In this document: piece after piece, positions 59,206 through 64,000 of the stretch | Layout: every line of letters starts with the position of its first letter | Numbering within the stretch: the first letter of the stretch is position 1 | Assembly: GCA_002084765.1 (NCBI GenBank) | Contig: NBMB01000031.1 | Location: 3,821-67,820 of the forward strand | Origin: Candidatus Cloacimonetes bacterium 4572_55 | GTDB taxonomy: Bacteria > 4572-55 | Direction: 5' to 3' | DNA length: 64,000 nt | Notes under the pieces: generated by a model | Databases searched by the model: none | Seen by the model: only the letters and a program-made list of their open reading frames with translations | Told to the model about the DNA's origin: nothing | Translations under genes and position numbers: made by a program

Positions 59206-59229
59206 GAATGTATTGATCTAATTGACTTT
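59187..59229 (+). repeat. Direct repeat, right copy (overlaps the stop of the Toprim-like gene)
   Basis: gaaactgataggattatgagaatgtattgatctaattgacttt. Confidence 0.9.
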
Positions 59230-59263
59230 ATCGCGTAATTTGCGGAAAAAAAAGGAGAGTTCT

Positions 59264-59872
59264 ATGCGAATCAAGCTCATGTTTTTCATCCTCATGGGGA
59301 TGACGATCCCATCTGCACTTCATGCAGGCGCACATATTCAAGTCTCACTTCTTGGCGGAGTTTCCAACTACAGCGACGGGATATTATCCGTTGATAAAAG
59401 GCTGCCGCATATCCCTTCCGGCGGCGTGGGCTTCACTATTGGCATGAGGTCTTCGGTAGACCTTGGCCTGAATTTTCGTTATAGCTCTGATTCATTCACG
59501 TATTCTCCCGATCTCTTCGCGATGCCGGATCAAAGCGTCGAGTCTATCGATTTTAGCGATACTGCCGTGGATGTGTCCGGTTTATACAAATTTTATCAAC
59601 CGGAAAGTCGGACGATCACGGCTTATATCGGCGGAGGGGCTGGCGTCTGTTTCATCAGCTTGGATAGCGACAAATTGAACGGCGTAACCGAAGATCTTGA
59701 TAAAAAGTCCTTCTCTACTTTGCATGCGATAGCCGGATTGCGATTTAAGCTGGCTGTTTTTCCTGCGGCAATCACGATTGAAGGGCGTTACTCTTCATTT
59801 AAAATAAGTGAAGAAACCATTGGCGTGCATTCTATTAATGCGGGAATCTCATTTTACCTTTACAACTCATGA
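59264..59872 (+). CDS. Outer-membrane beta-barrel protein (OmpW/OmpA-beta-like, small)
   Basis: Preferred start is MRIKLMFFILMGMTIPSALHAGA (signal peptide) behind an AAGGAGAG RBS. Alternating amphipathic beta strands, e.g. AYIGGGAGVCFISL and ITIEGRYSSFKI. Confidence 0.55.
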   Translation: MRIKLMFFILMGMTIPSALHAGAHIQVSLLGGVSNYSDGILSVDKRLPHIPSGGVGFTIGMRSSVDLGLNFRYSSDSFTYSPDLFAMPDQSVESIDFSDTAVDVSGLYKFYQPESRTITAYIGGGAGVCFISLDSDKLNGVTEDLDKKSFSTLHAIAGLRFKLAVFPAAITIEGRYSSFKISEETIGVHSINAGISFYLYNS

Positions 59873-60008
59873 GTTTTTCACTGTGTACTCGATTTCATAT
59901 TTGAAAAACCCAATTTTTTAAATATTAGTGAAACTAAGTATTTTTAATACCTTCCCATTTTTCTTGAATTTCTCAGGCTAATATCAGGCTAATAAAGGAA
60001 AAAGGCTC

Positions 60009-63000
60009 ATGTATAAAAAGTCCCTTTTTTTTCTGCTATCCTTCATTATCCCCATCTTCATTATTCCTATCAGCCTTGAGGCGCAGCACTTCCCTTTTAA
60101 TGTCTATACGACGCAAGACGGATTGCCTGTCAGCCAAGTATGGACAGTCCACCAGGCATCAAACGGTTACATCTGGATCGGAAGCTACGGCGGCGGCGTG
60201 ACCCGTTTCGACGGATACAACTTCGAGACTTTCATGCGTCGTCACGGACTTGCGCATAATATGGTTCATACCATTTATGAAGACAGCATTGGTCGTCTAT
60301 GGTTCGGCACATTGGGCGGCGGTATTTGCTATTGGGACGGTCGTGAATTTGTGACCTTTAACAAGGATAACGGTCTGCCTGGCAATACGGCACTGTCGAT
60401 ATGCGAGGATCGGGAAGGCACTATTTGGATAGGCTTAAGCGAAAAGGGTCTTGCCTGTTGGGACGGAAAGACATTTCGATCGGTCACGCCGGATCCTGAC
60501 CAAAATATCTCCATTTTTTCTGTGCAATCTCTCTGCCTTGATAAGGATCAACGGTTATGGGTTGGAGCAAATTCAGGGCTTTATCTATACGACGACGGGC
60601 GTTTCTATGACTACACCGACTCTCTAAGTTATCCGCCAGACGTCCCCCGGAAGACCGTGATTCATCTCTATCAAGATCGAAGCGGGAAGATGTGGGTATG
60701 CACTTGGAGCCACGGTATCCATATTTTTGACGGGAACGATTTTTATCAATTGCCCTATCTTGACACATTAAAAGGCAATGTGGTATGGCAAATTCTTGAG
60801 GATAGTTCAGGCTCTTTTTGGTTTGCCTCCGACGATCTTTACTATTATGACGGAGAGAATCTGAATCGTTTCAGCCATAAGCAGGGTTTGGCAGAAGGCG
60901 TGGTTCGCGGCTTGATAGAGGATCACGAAGGAAATATTTGGATCGCGTCTTATGGGGGTGGATTGACGAAAAAAGGACGGATGCTATTTGTTTCGTATAC
61001 TGAGGAAGATAATCTGGTTGATAAAAATATCACAGCGATTTGTGAATTTGACAGCGGGGCTTATCTTTTCGGCACGGCAAACAGCGGCATTATCGGGATG
61101 CTTCAGAATGATGCGAGTCAATTGAATCCTCATATCAGTTGTATAAAAAAAGACGATACCGGCGATATCTGGATCGGAACCCGAGGCGGGGGGATCGGGG
61201 TGATAAAGGAAAACAAGTTGACGGATATTTTGAACTCGGAACACGGGTTTCTTTCAAACTATGTCAACGAGATATTTATTGATTGGGACGGTATGATCTG
61301 GGTCGCTACGGAAGAGGGTCTGTACTACGTGGATCCGACCACTTATGAGGCGGAGCGGATCACAGATCTGATGTCAATAAACGATGTGATCCGTGATGAT
61401 GAGGGTCGCTTATGGGTTGGATGTTCTCGAGGGCTGGCGATTGTTGATGAAGAAGACAAAACATATCAACTTTTCTCGACTGCGGACGGTCTATCGGATG
61501 ATTATATCACCTGTTTAGAGATAGATAAAGATGGGAATTTATGGATCGGTTCTTCATACGGGGTAAGTTTTTATCATAACGGGACTTTTTCTGTTCCGGA
61601 GTCGCTGATCGATCCTCTTTATGGCAAGATCAGCTTTATTCAATTCAGTTGGGACGGGAATATCTGGTTTGGCGCGTCTCACGGCGTCTATCGTTATCAA
61701 CCCGATAAGGAAAAATTGATACATTACACCACCCACTCTGGATTAGCTGGAGACGAGACCAATCCAGGCGCGGTTTATATCGATAGCGAAGGCTATCCCT
61801 GGTTCGGAACCACTCAGGGAGTTTCCTGCTTCAATATCGAGAGCGACAAAAAAAACGCGCTGCCCTCACCGCCGGTTTATATTGAAAATTTTCAAGTATT
61901 TGGGAGGGATTATTTTCATCCCAGAGCCAGCAGTCAGTCACTTGCCATCAGATCTCGGATAAAATCCCGATCCGCCACGCAGGATGCTGTTTTTTTTGAG
62001 AAAGCCGGAGCAAATATCACCAAAGATCATCACCAAATATTGGATCATACCCAACACTATTGCGCGTTTGAATTTATTGGCTTGTGTTATTCCAACCCCA
62101 ACTCGATTTTCTATCAATATCGTCTGAAAGGGTTGAATGATGAATGGATCACGACCCGACATCAATATGTGGCATACTCCAACTTGGCCCCCAACTCCTA
62201 CACCTTTCAGGTCAAAGCCGCAAATAGCGACGATGTGTGGAGCGAAGAGCCGGCGCAGTTCAGCTTTACTATCAAGGCGCCCTGGTGGAAAATGATTTGG
62301 TTCCGGTTCGTTCTTATATCTCTGGTCGTTGTCGGCGCGCCGACATTCTATCTGTATCAGATTCAGCGGATAAAAACCAAAAATGCAATGGAATTGGAGC
62401 GAGAGAAAGACAATCTGGAAAAACGCCGTTTAAAGGAAGAACTGGATCGGGCACGCGTGGTGCAGACGTCTATGCTGCCGACAGAAGACCCGGTTGTTCC
62501 AGGATTTGATATTGCCGGAATGTCCAGACCCGCGACCGAGGTGGGGGGGGATTATTATGATTTTGTCTGGCAAAAAAGCGGACGCTCGCCCCAAAGTCGA
62601 GATCAGGCACCGCCGCTCCATATTATTATCGGCGACGTGGCTGGACACGGTATGTCCAGCGGTCTGATCGTCTCTATGTGCAAAAGCTGCGTCTATATGT
62701 ATAACCAAGTCAAAAAGAAACCGGAGCCAGCTCTTGCCCTACAAGAGTTGAATAAGATGATTATCCGCACATCAAAGGAGCGCTTGTTGATGACGTGCGT
62801 GTATGCCAGACTGGATATAAATAATCGCGATATCCTATTCTCTTCCGCGGGTCATCCCTTTCCTTTTCATTATAAGGCGGCTGAAGACCGGATCGATGAA
62901 ATCGAGCTTTGTTCGTTCCCATTGGGTGTGCCAGAAGCGGAATTTCAGCAGAAAAAAATCCACTTGAATTGCAACGACGTGATCCTGTTTTACACGGATG

Positions 63001-63197
63001 GAATTGTGGAGCATTTCAATCCAAAAAGAGAGATGTTCGGCTTTGATCGATTGGAACGCGGACTGAAGGAAAATGCGCATTTGTCAGCCGCCACCCTCCG
63101 AGATCGATTGCTGGAAGCGGTTGAAGAATTCTCTGAAGGAAATCCGCAAGATGATGATATTACATTGGTTGTGATAAAAGTAAAGAGAGAGAAATAA
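60009..63197 (+). CDS. Beta-propeller/Y_Y_Y sensor fused through a TM helix and coiled coil to a PP2C/SpoIIE phosphatase
   Basis: 1062-aa ORF. Propeller blades (QDGLPVSQVW...YIWIGSYGGGVTRFDG etc.). Y_Y_Y (IFYQYRLKGLNDEWI...YTFQVKAAN). A TM helix. GGDYYDF, IGDVAGHGMSSG, YTDGIVEH and DDDITLVVIKV. Confidence 0.85.
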   Translation: MYKKSLFFLLSFIIPIFIIPISLEAQHFPFNVYTTQDGLPVSQVWTVHQASNGYIWIGSYGGGVTRFDGYNFETFMRRHGLAHNMVHTIYEDSIGRLWFGTLGGGICYWDGREFVTFNKDNGLPGNTALSICEDREGTIWIGLSEKGLACWDGKTFRSVTPDPDQNISIFSVQSLCLDKDQRLWVGANSGLYLYDDGRFYDYTDSLSYPPDVPRKTVIHLYQDRSGKMWVCTWSHGIHIFDGNDFYQLPYLDTLKGNVVWQILEDSSGSFWFASDDLYYYDGENLNRFSHKQGLAEGVVRGLIEDHEGNIWIASYGGGLTKKGRMLFVSYTEEDNLVDKNITAICEFDSGAYLFGTANSGIIGMLQNDASQLNPHISCIKKDDTGDIWIGTRGGGIGVIKENKLTDILNSEHGFLSNYVNEIFIDWDGMIWVATEEGLYYVDPTTYEAERITDLMSINDVIRDDEGRLWVGCSRGLAIVDEEDKTYQLFSTADGLSDDYITCLEIDKDGNLWIGSSYGVSFYHNGTFSVPESLIDPLYGKISFIQFSWDGNIWFGASHGVYRYQPDKEKLIHYTTHSGLAGDETNPGAVYIDSEGYPWFGTTQGVSCFNIESDKKNALPSPPVYIENFQVFGRDYFHPRASSQSLAIRSRIKSRSATQDAVFFEKAGANITKDHHQILDHTQHYCAFEFIGLCYSNPNSIFYQYRLKGLNDEWITTRHQYVAYSNLAPNSYTFQVKAANSDDVWSEEPAQFSFTIKAPWWKMIWFRFVLISLVVVGAPTFYLYQIQRIKTKNAMELEREKDNLEKRRLKEELDRARVVQTSMLPTEDPVVPGFDIAGMSRPATEVGGDYYDFVWQKSGRSPQSRDQAPPLHIIIGDVAGHGMSSGLIVSMCKSCVYMYNQVKKKPEPALALQELNKMIIRTSKERLLMTCVYARLDINNRDILFSSAGHPFPFHYKAAEDRIDEIELCSFPLGVPEAEFQQKKIHLNCNDVILFYTDGIVEHFNPKREMFGFDRLERGLKENAHLSAATLRDRLLEAVEEFSEGNPQDDDITLVVIKVKREK

Positions 63198-63277
63198 CTC
63201 TGTTCATTCTCTTCCCAAAACCGATTTGACACGGAAATTTGAAAGCCTGATCCCCCCATAACTTTCGGAGCATTGTC

Positions 63278-64000
63278 ATGCACCTATTACTGGTTGAGGA
63301 CAACCCAAAACTGCGACCCGCGCTAAAGCAGGGTCTGGAGAATACTGGAAAAGTCACAGTCATCTATGACTGCGACAGCGGCGAAGAGGCTCTGGAGTTC
63401 TGCCTGGACGCGGCGTCGCGTTTCCCGCTGGAGGGCTTATCCTGCCGGATACCGGACGTGATCTTGACGGATGTTCAGCTTGCCGGAAAATTGAACGGTA
63501 TTGAGGAGGCAGTGGCTGTTCGTCGAGAATTTCCCAGAATGCCGGTCGTGTTCTATTCGATCCAGGATGACGACCGATATTATCGGGACTTCCGCGAGTC
63601 CGGGATATTGAGCCATTACGCATACGTGCGAAAATCCAACTATCTCCTGCCGAACATGATTGTCCCCCTGCTGAAAGACGTCCTTCTGGGTCGCAGCTTC
63701 ATCGACCCCGACATTGAGTCCAGAGTTCAAGAGGTTCGTCACAAAGACAACAATTCGCCATTTGCCATATTGGAACCCAACGAGCAGAGGGTGGCTCAGA
63801 TGCTGGCAAAGGGTATGACCAACAAGCAGATCGCCAGGCGATTCGGCTTTCGTGATAAGCGCACTATCAGTCGGGTCAATGGGCAGATATACGCGGCTTG
63901 GGGATTAAACGAGACCGCTACTGATGAAAAGGTGGCTCGCACCCGAGCCGCGATTATTGTGCATGAAGGAAGGCTGATCCAATGGGACGAAAATGGTGCT
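63278..64000 (+). CDS. NarL/LuxR-family response regulator (REC + HTH), 3' end beyond window
   Basis: Not in the ORF track because it has no stop. My translation from ATG 63278 is MHLLLVEDNPKLRPALKQGL...DVILTDVQLAG...LEPNEQRVAQMLAKGMTNKQIARRFGFRDKRTISRV (LuxR HTH), open to 64000. Confidence 0.8.
   Translation, partial: MHLLLVEDNPKLRPALKQGLENTGKVTVIYDCDSGEEALEFCLDAASRFPLEGLSCRIPDVILTDVQLAGKLNGIEEAVAVRREFPRMPVVFYSIQDDDRYYRDFRESGILSHYAYVRKSNYLLPNMIVPLLKDVLLGRSFIDPDIESRVQEVRHKDNNSPFAILEPNEQRVAQMLAKGMTNKQIARRFGFRDKRTISRVNGQIYAAWGLNETATDEKVARTRAAIIVHEGRLIQWDENGA

Overview
This is a 64-kb, densely coding chromosomal window from an unidentified, probably uncultured Gram-negative bacterium. I recognised no rRNA, tRNA, CRISPR array, transposase or integrase. 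From left to right the window contains: (1) the 5' part of an NRPS, which runs off the left edge, in a tight minus-strand block with BtpA, a GAF-PP2C membrane sensor and glycerate kinase; (2) a small nucleotidyltransferase cassette and a NUDIX gene; (3) a PgsC-like and poly-gamma-glutamate-system-like pair behind an atypical KamA-family radical SAM enzyme and Idi; (4) a TPR/parvulin/TonB-C envelope trio; (5) an Opp/Dpp-type ABC importer with two tandem binding proteins; (6) LigA and a TAXI-type protein; (7) a beta-propeller hybrid histidine kinase-receiver-class III cyclase gene broken by a 56-bp tandem duplication plus a second lesion; (8) an M42 peptidase; (9) a complete type IVa pilus locus; (10) a class II RNR and TauE; (11) a ~4.9-kb defence islet; (12) an OM beta-barrel, a propeller-PP2C sensor and a LuxR-type response regulator that runs off the right edge. 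The pilus locus comprises a pilin with a sigma-54 promoter, pilT, I/J/K-like minor pilins, pilMNOPQ, an Ig-like lipoprotein, pilB and pilC. It is interrupted by a 170-300 bp repeat element, a decayed AAA-ATPase-like gene and frame breaks. The defence islet is a single-chain Type IIG R-M enzyme with an AT-rich swapped middle, followed by a translationally coupled ABC-type ATPase and a small Toprim-like protein. This split OLD/PARIS/AbiL-like cassette is bracketed by 42-bp direct repeats. The most interesting items are the defence islet, the repeat element linking pilus operons to a sensor gene, and the KamA/PgsC cluster. All family assignments come from motif recognition by eye, not from searches.
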